Part shown: positions 51,201 to 64,000 of the stretch, piece after piece | How the letters are laid out: the number at the start of each line of letters is the position of its first letter | Position numbering within the stretch: position 1 is the stretch's first letter | Origin: Lama glama | Lineage: Eukaryota | NCBI GenBank assembly: GCA_028534125.1 | Contig: CM052817.1 | Location: forward strand, 48,858,001-48,922,000 | Length of the DNA stretch: 64,000 nt | Direction: 5' to 3' | Notes under the pieces: model-generated | What the model saw: only the letters and a program-made list of their open reading frames with translations | Told to the model about the DNA's origin: nothing | Databases searched by the model: none | Program-made: the position numbers and the translations under genes

Positions 51201-52669
51201 GTTTTTCTTCTTCTGTATTCTCTTGAACATCCACCCATACGTAAGAGTTGACAAAATCTAACATTGATAATTTATTGTTAATATGTTCTTTTCTGCTGTG
51301 ATGCCTACTTTACATTATTATGGAAAATACCACTTTTTATGCTGTCATTTACCAGGCAAAGGTTAAAAAATAGCATCTTGGAGATAAATTAACTGAAAAT
51401 GCTACAAAATAAATTCTAACCCTGAAGGTAGGAATGGATGAAAAAGTATTACCAAGAAACATTCACAAAATTGGCAGCTAATCTCCATGAAGGAGACTAA
51501 AGTAGTCCATGAAGAAGCATTACGTAACGGTTTGCAAATGTCTGAGGATGGGTTCTCTGTCTAAGCCTGGACTTTGAATAAGTGTTAGGTTGGGTTGAAA
51601 TGACTCTCCTAAAACCCAGCGTGAATGGAACAATTAGTGGGAAATGATTTCGAGGCGGCGCGGCCTGTTTGGCTGCCAGGACAGTAGGGCTAATTACTTG
51701 GGCACTCGTTCTGCAGTCATCACTCATCCTGATTTCCCTGGGAGGGAAGACTCACTAAGCAGTCATGTTCACTGTTTGCCCCGGTAGGAAAGCAGGCTCA
51801 TTGGTTTTCTTGTTGAAACAAGCAATTTGCATTTGCCTGGGGCCTTCACATAGTTTCTAAGCCTAGGAAATTACTGAAAGCTAGGATAAACAAGTAAAAT
51901 CTTTGTTCTAAGTAGAATTTTGAAAATAAAATTCTGTAAGGGAATATAGAATTTCTTCATGTCAGAAGTTTAGAAAGAAGTTCCTGGTTCTATATTTTAT
52001 AGGTACTTCAGAGAACTGATTAAGATTTAGATGTGCCTTCAGATAAATACTCTTTTGGCACAGATGAATATAATATGAGTCCAGAAATGAAAAACTGTGG
52101 AGACCTGGCCTGGGGCTAATTGTGTGCATTTAAGAAATCTCTGGCAGTTCCACTGTGATATTAGGAAATTCTTGGTAGGAGAAGTTCCTAGAAAACAAAT
52201 GCACTGCTTTTTTCCTTTGTCAAAAGTACCAAAGAATTCAAGAACATATTCTACCCAATGACATATGCCAGTTGGGGTAGGTATGATGGTCATAAGATTT
52301 CCACATCTGTAATTACCATGTAGCACCGGGCCCAACACAGGCCCTAGATTTTTGGCAAAAACAGCAGCTGCTTATAAAGTACAATTTCAGCAAAATTTGT
52401 GAGTCCCAAACTCTCACTTGTAAAAGTGATAAAAACTGAAGTTTATAACTCATCAGTGTTCGTTAAATTGAAAACATTGTGAAGGGAAAACCCTTTAACA
52501 CTATAAAGGTTGGGGTGACTTATTAGAACATCATAAATGCAGGAAAATAATAAATTTATTCACAACATCTACTACATTTATTGCACAAATGGCATCATTA
52601 ATAACCTGAATCTCATTTCATGCATTTACCACCTGTGTCATTTTGGGCAAGTTGACTAACTTCTCAGAA
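48277..52669. promoter_or_regulatory. GAS-motif-rich region upstream of ODAM, candidate casein-locus enhancer cluster
   Basis: TTCNNNGAA at 48277, 49132, 50372, 50406, 52007, 52185, 52661. Confidence 0.45.
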
Positions 52670-53129
52670 CCTGTTCCCTTCTCTGTAAAATAGGACAAAT
52701 TACATACTTACCTCCAGGGTGTCGACAGAAAGTAAATGTGACTAGATGAGAAAATTCATTGCTCACCATAGTCATAATTCTTAATAAATCACTTTAGGGG
52801 AAATTTGAAACATCTGATTCTCCAAGGGCAAGTCTCTAGGAGATAATGATCGTTTGAAAAAGGCTCACAAACTGATCCATGTATGTGTGGCTCTCCATTC
52901 CAATTTAAAATCACCAGGTTGCATTGAAAAAAAAACAAAAAGGCTACCTAGAAAAAACGTTTGTTTTAACAGTAAAGAATAAACAGCTACTTCTCATATG
53001 CCTATCTCCTGCTGTCCTACATTTTTTTCCCCCAAATCTTCCCTGGTTTATTGATGACCATTTAATACTCATGATGGATCCTTTTTGCTAAATGATGGTA
53101 TCCTCTGTCAAATGCAGATGACTTCATTC

Positions 53130-53610
53130 CCTCATCCAAACATTATTTACCGAGCACTAGCAATAATCCAGAGACATTGCACCGGAGCACTTATGGTCTA
53201 ATGGATGAGGGTTGCATATGAACAAATGGGTGTGACGTTGTTTGCTGAGGACAGAATAGAGGTGAGTCCATGGCACACGTGGAACACGGATGGAGTGGGC
53301 TGATAAAACTTTACAGGGCAGGAAAACCCTAAGCTGGGCCCTGAACGAAGAGAAGAAATTCACCAGGCAGATGTAGGTGGAATGAAAAATTCCAAGCAAA
53401 GTGTACAATATGTGCAAATGCATGGGGCATGACATAGCTTGATACTTTGGGGACATAATTATTGGCTTGAAATACTGGAATATGAATTCCTGTGGGAAAT
53501 TGATGGGATGTTCATGGCAGGTGGTCAGAGGCCACATCATACAGGGTTATCTAAGACAAACAAATGTGCTTAGGTTTTATCCTGTTTGTAGCTGGCATCT
53601 ATCCATGAAG
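53130..53610. mobile_element. L2 fragment
   Basis: 'tatttaccgagcacta...aagctgggccctgaacgaagaga...ggtcagaggccacatcatacaggg'. Confidence 0.6.
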
Positions 53611-53630
53611 CAAAGGATACACATGCTAGC

Positions 53631-54014
53631 TGTTAGTAGTGTCTACCAAATATTTCCATTCCTCCTCCTGGTCATATGTAAAGTTCTACTTTCCAGCCCT
53701 TGAATTTAGTGACTGACTCTGGCTGATTAAATATAAGTGAGAAATAGCATGTGTCATTCTGGCTGGAAGCTTTCAGATAATTCACCACTCTCTCTTTCTG
53801 CTGTGGCCACTGGCAATGTTCTAGATGGTAGCTTTTTCACCAACATGTGTTCCTTCAATCTGAGTTCCCGAGTGAGAGCAATACGGAGCCGAACTTAAAC
53901 TGACCTACAGAGAATGTGTAGTGTAAGGGAGACATAAATCTTGTAGCTGAAAGCCACTGAGGTTTGAGGGTTGTTTGCTACTGCAGCATAATGTAGCTTG
54001 TCTTTCTTGCTACA
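53631..54014 (+). mobile_element. MLT1-type (MaLR) solo LTR
   Basis: TG start; 3' end 'aagccactgaggtttgagggttgtttgctactgcagcataa...taCA'. Confidence 0.75.
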
Positions 54015-54172
54015 CTGCCACATGTACCGCATTGGCATCGGACCATCCTAGCTCTGTGGTATGTTACCCGTGTGACTTCAAATGAACCACATAATATTTT
54101 CAGACCCTAGTTTTATGATCTGTAAAATAAGTCCAAGTGACATCCCTAAATGAAATGATGCTCCAGCAAGGA

Positions 54173-54182
54173 GTGTGTGTGT

Positions 54183-54229
<47 letters not shown>
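54173..54229. repeat. (GT)n microsatellite, about 28 units with one interruption
   Basis: Read directly. Confidence 0.95.
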
Positions 54230-54230
<1 letters not shown>

Positions 54231-56949
54231 TAGAGAATATATGGTAGTGATGTGGTTTATTTGCAGAATTACTTTTTACTTCCTATCAGTTTGTTCTTTG
54301 GACAGTCAAACTGTTAACACAGAATGAGTAAAATGTAAAGAAAATTACTGAATGAAATATGAAATCAGAAACCTGAACTCATGAGTCTTACTAGTAAGTC
54401 CCTGGTGAATCTGATTACCTTTGGGTGTTTTAGCTAAATGATTCTGTGGCTAATTAAAGGAACAAAAATTTTTCTCTCAAGTGACGGTCACAACTGATTG
54501 CATTTAGCTACTTAGAAAGTTGTACTGAGATAGATTTTAAAGCTGACTCAAACAGTAATGGCCGTAGTGGTCACAGGATGGGCCGATGACGTGATAAAAC
54601 TGTCAACCTTAAAGCACGTTAGGTGTTTCCCAATGCCTGAAGTATCTGTGCATCACCACTTGAGGGCGCGCTCTTCATTGACTATACATAGAGGTTAGTT
54701 CTTTTTCCCGTACCTCGGGTATAATTCTTTTCTTCCCGATAGACGATATAAATTGTAATTATATTCATGTAATTGTAATATAATCATGACACATTCTAAA
54801 TTTTCTAGACATGCAAGAGCCATACCACTTAAAATACGTTCAAAATAACTGTAGATACCTCAAATTTAATTTTAGCCAGCCGGATAATATAGACGAATAG
54901 GGAAGGCTACGGATGATAAGGCTAAGGGCCAGCTTATGCTGGATGGGTTTGTGGCTATGGAGCTCACTGGTCATCATAAATGTGGATGTGCATCTGGTAT
55001 TTTTAGGTGTATGTAAAGTATGGTGGTGTAAAAAGTTAGAAAATATCCAAACTGCTTCTGCCAGAAGAGCTCTGTATCTGTTGAAATTTAATATGCAATG
55101 AATAGGTGCCATTTGTTTGAGTTTTACTGTTTATTAAGTAATGCCAATATATAGGACCACTTGAAAGATAAGGCAACCTGGTGGTATCTCTTTCAGTGAG
55201 ACCCAGTTAAAAATCTAGATTTTTTTTTTTTAACATGGGACAAGCCTTTAGAATGTTAAGTGCCAGAGGAAATTCGATGTCAACTCAGAAGATTACAAAA
55301 TGATACCTCAATCCCTGTGACAACGTTAGGAGGTGTGGCCAGCTTCCTTAAAAATTCCACCAAGAAGGACATAGACTAAGGCCATTTATGGCAACAAAGG
55401 ACAAATTTATTCTAGGCTTATACTAGGGATCGAAGTTTAATTCAAGGAAATGTGACCCCAGAATCAATAAAGACATTCACAGACAAGAACAGAGACACGT
55501 TGTTTGTCAACCTGTGAAAAGCCAAGGCAAACAAAGACACGAGGAAAAGTCAGGAGAGCTGGATGTACCTTAACTGATCCCAGTGGCTTATGCCTAGTGT
55601 CCCGCAGACAATGCTGGTATTTGCTCCACTGAAGCTTCAAAGGACAAAGCAGGGGCAGTCACCCTGTGTACATACCCAAAGGCATGACTGAACAGTATTT
55701 TTTTTTTTTGTCAGTTGTTTACGTGGCTTGGTAATTTCAAGAGCCAGATTTTTGTTTTCCTTCATCCATGAGTTCTGTTTATCACCTGATCACTGTTGCC
55801 AGAATTTTTCCCAAGAGTGTGATTTCATTTTTATTAGAACTTTCCAACTCTGTTCAAATGCAGTCTTTTTATACCAAATTTTTGAGCACTGTTTAAATGT
55901 TACCTTTTGATCAAGAATGCCTGAACACTTACTTAAACGAGTTAGTGCTGAGACTTAGACTCTCAGAAGGTTAGAGGTGGAAGCACAGTTCACCCCCAGG
56001 AAGGAGAAGTGGTTGGAAAAGGTCACTCATGTTGTTAAGGCGTCTTTGAAAGAACAGGTGTAGATAAGCATAGAACAGGAAGGACTAGAACATACACTGT
56101 GGGAGAAGAGAATAGGTGTGTGAGCCTGGGGACACTTAAAACACTTGACTATTTTATAATTATTCTTGGAAATGGAATAATTAAAAATTGTCCTCTGTGT
56201 TTGTCATTTTCTTGACTCTTAAGATTTCTGGAGTTAAAGAACAACTATCCTTAGATAAGCAACATTTCATTCTAAATTAGGCAAATAGACACCAAATATT
56301 TCTATTACTATGTCCAGGTGTGTAATTTGAGGTGTTTGGAGGGTTTATAGGACATCTCTGGGAAATAACTGACATAATTCAGCGTCTGGGAAATTAATTT
56401 TTGTTTGTAGGGTAAAATACTGAGTTTTTTTGGTCCATGTTAAATAGGACCACTATTACCGTAAGTATTTGAAATTATACTGCACAAAATTGAAGTGGTG
56501 ATGTGTACCTCTTCCCCGTGTCAGGCTCCTTAAGTTGTGAAAGCTGCCCTCTAGAGCCACCATTGGAGGCTTTGTTTTCTTTCTTCAGGAAGACTTCGTG
56601 ATAGAAATAGAGCTTACAATGAGGCTTCAGGGATTTGGACAACACAAAGAAGTCTTTTTCATATTTTTAATGTGAAAATTCCTGCACCTTTGAGCATTTA
56701 ATAACCCGATCAGAGGGAGATGAGGGTATGTGCAGACATCATACTTGAGTCCCTGGTTCCTGGGCATTGCACTGCTTCTCCATTTCATTTGTGAGGGTGA
56801 ATCAACTCCCTTCCATAATCGTTTGGTGATTTTAGCCACCATTACAACCAGCTTGTCATAGTTTCCCCTCCTTTGCCATCAGGCACCACGCACTGACTTG
56901 CAGAAAGGCTTTCACTTAGTTATACTGCATTCCCCACCCTCACCCCCCA

Positions 56950-57858
56950 GGTCTAATGAAGTAAAATTGACAAATATTATTTATATTCAAGGTGTATCAT
57001 GTGCTAATTTGATGCATATATCCATTGTGAAATGATCACTACAATCGAACTAATTAACATATTTATCATCTCCTGTAGTTACCGTTGTGTGTGTGGGTGA
57101 TGAGTGGTGAGAAGCCTTGAGACCTACACTCTAAGCAGATTTCAAGAATACAATACAATATTAACTATAGACATCATGCTAAACATAGGTCTCCAGAATT
57201 TATTCCTCTTGTAACGGAAACTTTGAACCCTTCGACCAACATCTCCCCACTTCCCCCACCCTTTCGCCACTAGTAACCACCAGTCTACTCTCTGCTTCTA
57301 TGAGTTTGACTTTTTTAGATTCCACATATAAATGAGACCATAAATTTATTTGTCTTTCTGTGTCTGGCTTATTTCATGTGGCGTCATGTCTGCCAGGTTG
57401 ACCCACGCCTTCACAAATGGCAGGATTTTCTCCTTTTTTAAGGTTAAACAGCCATGAATAACTGTAAGGATGCTCAATGTCACTAACCATCAGGGAAATG
57501 CATATCAAAACCACGATGAGATACCTATCTCCTCACTCCTGTGAGGACGGGTATTATCACAAAGTCAGAAGATAACAAGTGCAGACAAGGATGTGGAGAA
57601 AAGGAACCCTTGTGCATGGTTGAGGAGAACGTAAGTTGGCAGAGCCATTACGGAAGAGTATGAAGGTTCCTCACAAAAGTAACAATAGAACTGCTCAATG
57701 ATCCACCATCCCACTTCTAGGTATCTATCTAAAAGAAACAAAATTAGTATCTTGAATGAATATCTGCACTTCCGTGTTCATTGTAGCATGGTTCACCGTA
57801 TTTACAGTAGTCAAGATATGGAAACAGCGTAAGTTTTCATCAACAGATGAATGGATAG
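56950..57858 (-). mobile_element. L1MA-like insertion with inverted 5' segment (56950-57445 antisense, 57450-57858 sense)
   Basis: Antisense L1 3'UTR joined to sense ORF2 'CSMSLTIREMHIKTTMRY...STDEWI'. Confidence 0.85.
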
Positions 57859-58334
57859 TTTAACAGCAATTTAAAAATTGACTATAGTCAGATTTTCACA
57901 AGAAACCATGATCCTTCACAATCATTTCAGCCTTAATTCTTCTACTCACTTTGGAAAAGTTGTTATTTCACTCTCCTTTGATCCTTTGTTGGAGAAAGTT
58001 GAGGGACAATCAACCATAATTGTACAAAGGAAGGCAAAATGCTTAAAGTAAATGTAGTCAGTTGTCTGTGTGTGTGTGTGTGTGGTGTGTGTGCGCACGC
58101 GTGTGCACACAAGTATATGAAAGTATTTGCAAAATCAAATAGGAATAGGCCTTTTCCAAAGATTATTCGGTAAATGGTTCTGGTTTACCTAAATCTGGGG
58201 ACTATGAGCACTAGTAGGAAAATGATACCACATAAATTGTGTCCACCCTGTTTAAGTAATTAAGGGACTATTTTAAGTAGAAGAGCTATACAGCAGAGAC
58301 TAGTTTCTCTTCCTCTTCCCTAAGGATATTATCC

Positions 58335-58491
58335 AATTTCAGATAAATGGCAAATAAGTTTTTAGTGTAAGTATGTATCAAATATTGCATGGGCATACTT
58401 ATACTAAAAATATTCATTGTTTATTTGAAATTCAAGTTTAACTGGGTATCTTGGTTTTCATTTACTTATTTTTGCTAAATCTGACAACCCT
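58335..58491. mobile_element. MER53-like palindromic hAT element, left end truncated
   Basis: Arms 'aatttcagataaat..ttttagtgtaagtatg' / 'catacttatactaaaaa..tttatttgaaatt'; ends aaatctgacaaccct. Confidence 0.8.
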
Positions 58492-58509
58492 ATATATGAG
58501 GAAATATCC

Positions 58510-59020
58510 AGAGGAGGTGAGGATGCAAACCGTTTAGTAAACAGGCATTCCAGGCAAAGGAGACAGCAGGCTCAAAAGCCTTGATTTGAGACCATCTCCA
58601 CTGGGTTCGAAGAGTGGCAAGGAGGCTAATATGATTGAGTGGAGGACACCAAGGAGAGATATGGTCAGAGAGTTAAGGAGGCCAACGCATGAAGGGACTT
58701 CGACTTTTATTTTGTTATGGGAATCTCTTAGAAAGCTATGAGCAAAGAGTGACAAGATAGGGCTAGTCTTCTCAAAGAGTTACTATTGCAACTGTATTGA
58801 GAATAGATTCCAAAAGAGGAGAATGAGCAAGCAATCCAGTTCAGGGGCTACTGTGAAACTCAGGTGAGAAATGATAGTGGTCGGAACCAAGTAATTTGCA
58901 GTGTAGATTATGACAAGGGACTGGATTCTGGATCTATTTCGAAGGTAGTGCTATTATTATTTACTAAAGGTCTCATATGTGGCATGTGACAAAAAGAGGA
59001 GTGAAGGTTGACTGCAGTAA
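58510..59020. mobile_element. L2 fragment
   Basis: 'ggcattccaggcaaaggagacagc...caggtgagaaatgatagtgg...ggattctggatctattt'. Confidence 0.7.
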
Positions 59021-61549
59021 TGTTTATCCTCTGTTTATTGTTTAAAAAAACATAGATCTTATGTGAAAGCAGCAACGATAATGCCTGGAAAACAGTAGGC
59101 AAGCCAACATTTATTTTTAAAGTCTATTCCTATGGAAGAGCAGAAATAATTTGGTATTAGACTCTTTTGGGAAATGTTCTTTTTTGTATTGTGGATAGGA
59201 AGTCAGAGGATTAAGCCACAAATGAATATTTTCCATACTCAACTGTTTGATCTTACTTACACAGCAAAGACATTTTTTGGAGGAAAAATCCCATTGATAT
59301 GTAAATGACACAATAGTAGCAGAATCTGGCGGGTGCTTAATGTATTGCAGATACAGCACATACCCTCATGTGGTACTCACAGCACTATAAGGTCAACGCC
59401 TAGTGTTGTCCCAATACTAGTTGAGAAAATCATCATCAGAGGAGTAATTTGTCTTCGGCTTCACTGTTTTTAATTACTGAACCTGGGATTTGAACCTATT
59501 TTGTCTGATTCCAGCATCCATGTTATATAATTACTAACCCAATATACTATGCTACCTTTTATGCATATTTATCTGAGTTTATTAAAAATTTAAAAACAAA
59601 GAAATTTAAAGCTGACTTGTTACATTCAGGGATAAATCATAAGTTACTTTGCATCTGCTAATATTGTGCTCAAAACTGAGGTATACCTTGCCAGATAATC
59701 AGAGAGACTGTTCTATGATCAGGTGCTCCGTATAATTATCATTTTGATCATGTTTGTGATCATTTTAATGCTAAGGAAAAATAGAACTATAATGTCTGTG
59801 CTAATGAATAGAATAACATTCTTCCCTATGGTTTGCTGATTTTAATTCTGGGTCCTCAAGTACATTCTGTCTTGGCTCACTCTGTAGTGTCAGTAGCAGT
59901 CATCTCTGCTATGAAGGCTAAAAGTTTACCTTAGGCTCGGCAGCCTTTACAAATATGTCATGGATAATAGGTAAGCAGGGTTAAACTCCCACCTCAAACC
60001 TTCCTAGAAGTAGATTGTTCATGAAATCTGTGGGTGCAGAGAAGTTTACGGTAGGAAGGAGGAACTCCTCTTCTAACACCCCAAACACATCTCCAGTAAC
60101 TTTCATGATATTGGGTAAGTCATCTGATATCAAACTGGTATCTACAGGTAGATCATATAATAGCAGACAGGTAATTTTCTTTTTGAGATGACAAAAGTGA
60201 AGTAATTCAGCATGAAGACCTCACGTATTTCCAAGCAGGGTGGCTATCATCTTCCTTTTGAAGATGAGAAATCTGAAACTCAAAAGAAGCTAAGTGATTG
60301 ACAGTCTTAGGAAGTAGAAGGGTTGAGATTGAAACCCTTCTAAAGCAAAATCCACAAAAACCCACTTGTAATATTTATTATTATTTATTTATTTGATTCT
60401 CCTATTTTGATTAAGATTATTTAATTCTATCCCTTCCCCCATGGAGATGGAGGTTAGTGTCCTGTAAGGTATATGTCACTATTTTTCATATATCTTAAGG
60501 GAGCTTATAAATCACACTCCAGTTATTCATGCTGTAGACAAGAAGGGTTGAAATCATTAGTCATTCCTCAGACATCTTTCTTGTACAATCTTCTTTGTTT
60601 TGCTTTTTGTTCTCTTCATGATTTGTGTAGATAGTTTACATTTTAAAAAATACCCAGATGTACCTTTTTTATATTTAAATACTTCTCAAATCCAGATTTA
60701 TCTTACAATGAATGACTTCTTACTGTGTTAAATTTGACGTTTAAATGTCTTTCAGATATTGCATAAGATTTGGAGTTGAAAGAAAAAAATGTATAAAAGG
60801 AAAAGCACAAGAGAAAAAGGGAGTGGGAGGGTGGAATTTTGATATTAGTGAGGAATATATTTGTTGTTTGAGTAATGAAAGCAGTGCTATATTTTCTTGC
60901 AATGAAAAAACTGTAAAAATCCATGAATAGAAGAAGCTGCATTGCTTTCCTCCTGGGATACATAGAATAGTTTTATTCCACATGGCGAGCCACAGGCAAA
61001 GCATATGAAAAAAATTATAAAATATTTTGGAGAAAAGAAAGAAATTCAAAACAATGAGATGTGTGACCAACTGTGTGTAGTGTAGGACTATTAGCAGCAT
61101 CTGATAACATTGCTTAATTGGGGAGTTTTTTTTTTTCAGTGCTATCTAAATAATGTAATCTAAGATTAGTTGAAAAAGGGTAATTTAGAGCACTACTTAT
61201 TTCTTCATAAAGCTTTAAATCTCCACCTTCTCAACTTTTAAAAGACACTTGGGAAGTATTTTTGTTTCTCCATTTGTCTAAAGCAATCATCTTAACCTTC
61301 TAAAGACTGATGCATATATGGAACATCTTAAATGCTTCTTACAATAATGATGAAATAAATACCAGGATAAGAGCTTAAAGATCTTACCAGGGAGAAATTA
61401 AATTCTGGATTGCACTATTGTCAGAGATTACCTTCACATGGAAAATTAACAATCATTTCTCATTTTATAAAAATGACATGTGAGTATATAGTGTTGCTAT
61501 TATGACATCATGAAAGTAAAGCAAAGAAAATATTATTTGAGTCAATCAG

Positions 61550-61899
61550 TAAGTTTTAAATTAAATACCCTTTATTCAAACATTATATCAAATGTTATAC
61601 ATGTGAATAATAATAATAATATGTTGATAATATAATATTGATTATTCTCTCAGGCTTTTGAACTCCAAATTATTCTTTGAAATATGGTAAGTAAATCTTA
61701 GCTAATATTTCATATTTGTACTTCTAATGCACAGTACTTGTGCTATGTATAATTTCTATATCTCCAGCTACTTTTTACTTCACAAATCATTGCATTTTAA
61801 TCAATTCAGGTCCATTTAAGGTATAATCAGTTTAATTTTCCACAAAGAACTTATCTGCCATTCTTTGTATAATTAATAAATTTTCTTCTTCTCTGGTAC
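61550..61899 (-). other. Possible non-coding terminal exon of an upstream gene (PRR27 expected by synteny)
   Basis: Acceptor tatttcctttgttctctttag|GTACC at 61899 and AATAAA at 61571-61576. Confidence 0.3.
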
Positions 61900-62439
61900 C
61901 TAAAGAGAACAAAGGAAATAAAGTTATTGCTAACAGAATTACCTTACTTCCAAGACTGATGTATGCAGAGAATTCTGAAAAGCTCTAATGCCCAGTCTTA
62001 CAGCTATATAAACCTTTTCTAAAATTCATGGCCAGTCATTATCTTCAACCATGTCAGTGCTTTCATCCAGGCATCACCAGTAATTTATATGACTAGTCAG
62101 AGGATTAATGGCTTCCGTACTCTTTATCATTTAATAAATTCTTTAATTTCCTTTATTATAAAGAGGGATCACAGCATGTCAAATTGGAAATGTACTTTAT
62201 AGATGTCTACCTTATTTCTTTACCTAATTAAAAAAAGAAGGTATTCTGAACTGCCAAAAAGCAACACTTCCTCAATATAAATAAAGTGAAAGTTTTCTTT
62301 TGTAGAATGGTAGATTTATCACTTTCACTGGGAGAAATAAATCTTGTACATATAGTTCACTTATTTAGGTCTTTCTTCTTCTTGTTTTAAATTTGGACAT
62401 GAGACACAATGGTTCACTTACAGAATCTTGGAAGGATAA

Positions 62440-62850
62440 ACGTGACTTTGACGTGATCCCTTTCAGTACTCTGTAGAAAACATGCTAAAGGGATATGAAG
62501 AATGTCAGTAAGGAGAGAAGTTAGGAGCGATTGCAAAAATCCACTAGCGAGACTATGGTGGCCTGGATAGTGTATTGTCAGGGCAGGAGCAGTGAGAAAT
62601 AGTTGGATTCAAGATGTGTTGTGAAACTGGCACTTGCAAAGTATAATGTCATATTCGATGTGAGAGTTTAGAGAAAGAGTCGAATCAAGGATAATTTCAA
62701 GTGTTTTTCTCATACAACTGGAGGATTGAAGTTCTGAGTTTCTGAGAGGAGGATGAAGACAAAAGGCAGAGATCAGATCTGGAGGTCAGTTGCTGGGTGT
62801 TAGATAAGTGTCATATTTAAGTTGTTTGTTGGACAGCCAAGTGAAAAAAG
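62440..62850. mobile_element. L2 fragment
   Basis: 'gttaggagcgattgcaaaaatcca...gagactatggtggcctgga...gagaaagagtcgaatcaaggataatttc'. Confidence 0.65.
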
Positions 62851-64000
62851 TCAAAATATCACAATAATTCAGTATTTATACATATCTACTTTATGTTCAG
62901 AATGGTTATAGAGCACATTTTTCTTGGCCTAATATCCTGTCTGGATTTTTACAATTTACCTAATTGTGTCATCATTAAAAATAAAGATTATCCCTTGTGA
63001 TCCTGATAGAAAATAGTATTTTCTCTGATACTATTTAACTTATATTTTGATTAAGATTTTTACTGTATATATATAGATAGACACACACTGTTGTATTTTA
63101 TTGAATACTCAATGTTTTAGCTGATAATATACATAGTAAAAAGTGCTTTTAGGCCATTAAATAAGGATAATCAACTAAATAGAATCATACAGGAAATATA
63201 GTTTTCATTTTATTTAGAAATAAAGCATCATGCATTTGGTCTAGTATGACATAGATGAGTTACAGTAAAATTATTGATTCATTCATCCACTTGGGTAGAT
63301 CTCAGCATAAATATTGAATGAATAAAGCAAGCTGCAGAATGATATACAATATATTGTAGGCCATGTTTGTGTAAATTTTAAAAACCTCACAAAATCCTTT
63401 TACTTATTTTAAGAGCCGTATATATGCATACTAAAATTATGTAAACAGGCCAATGAAACATATACACAAACTTCAGAATGGCTTACATCTGGGATGTGGA
63501 AAAAGAGAATCAAATCCCTAGGGGAAATTTCTGTTGGGCAGAAAACATTTTATTTCTTTTACTCAAAAACTCAGGTCAATATGGCAAGTTATTTACATTT
63601 GTAAAACATAGGTAGTGGGTCAATGGATTAAAAATTCTTTAAATATTTAAGTCAAAGCAATTTGTTCCTATTTTTAATTACTGAATTCATAACTTAATAC
63701 AGAATCTAACCATATACATAATTTATACTTAGAATTTATTTTAAAAAGCTATGGTAAAGGGCTCCCTCAGATTCTTCTTATGCTGTTCTTTGCAGAAGCA
63801 CGCTCAAAATACAAATCAAAACCAGGCATTTCATTATAGGAGATTTCTGTAAGGAAAACCATGAACATAATTCAGTAAAGTAGAAATTTTTACTTGTAGG
63901 AAATCATCTGATTATTAAGGAGCACGAAGGAAGGATAAAATAAGAAAGGAAAATAAAATGGTCTCGTTTGTAAATAATATTTTACACGGATTCCGTCATT

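Noticed and set aside
58335..58491. Long hairpin that could be a miRNA or ncRNA
   Set aside because: Explained by the palindromic MER53-like transposon.

Overview
AT-rich mammalian genomic DNA from the casein/SCPP (secretory calcium-binding phosphoprotein) cluster of a camelid. The kappa-casein sequence and Vic-1-type SINEs show this; a South American camelid (alpaca/llama) is most likely. Three spliced genes lie on the minus strand and can be rebuilt exon by exon from GT-AG sites: ODAM (12 exons, ~33.5-42.1 kb, 278 aa), FDCSP (5 exons, ~18.5-23.6 kb, 87 aa) and CSN3 (exons 1-4 at 1.6-8.9 kb, 182 aa; last exon not seen). All coding introns are phase 0. The rest is intron/intergenic DNA with L1, L2, LTR, DNA-transposon and SINE relics, microsatellites and a 500-N gap. 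I found no wholly new system. The best leads are: (1) the expected FDCSP start codon reads ATT and appears rescued by an upstream splice acceptor carrying an in-frame ATG; (2) an upstream ATG in ODAM exon 1 whose frame depends on which of two donors is used; (3) clusters of STAT5-type GAS motifs upstream of CSN3 and ODAM; (4) two twin-priming-type inverted L1 insertions; (5) a possible orphan terminal exon (PRR27?) near 61.7 kb. All comparisons to other species are from memory, not database searches.
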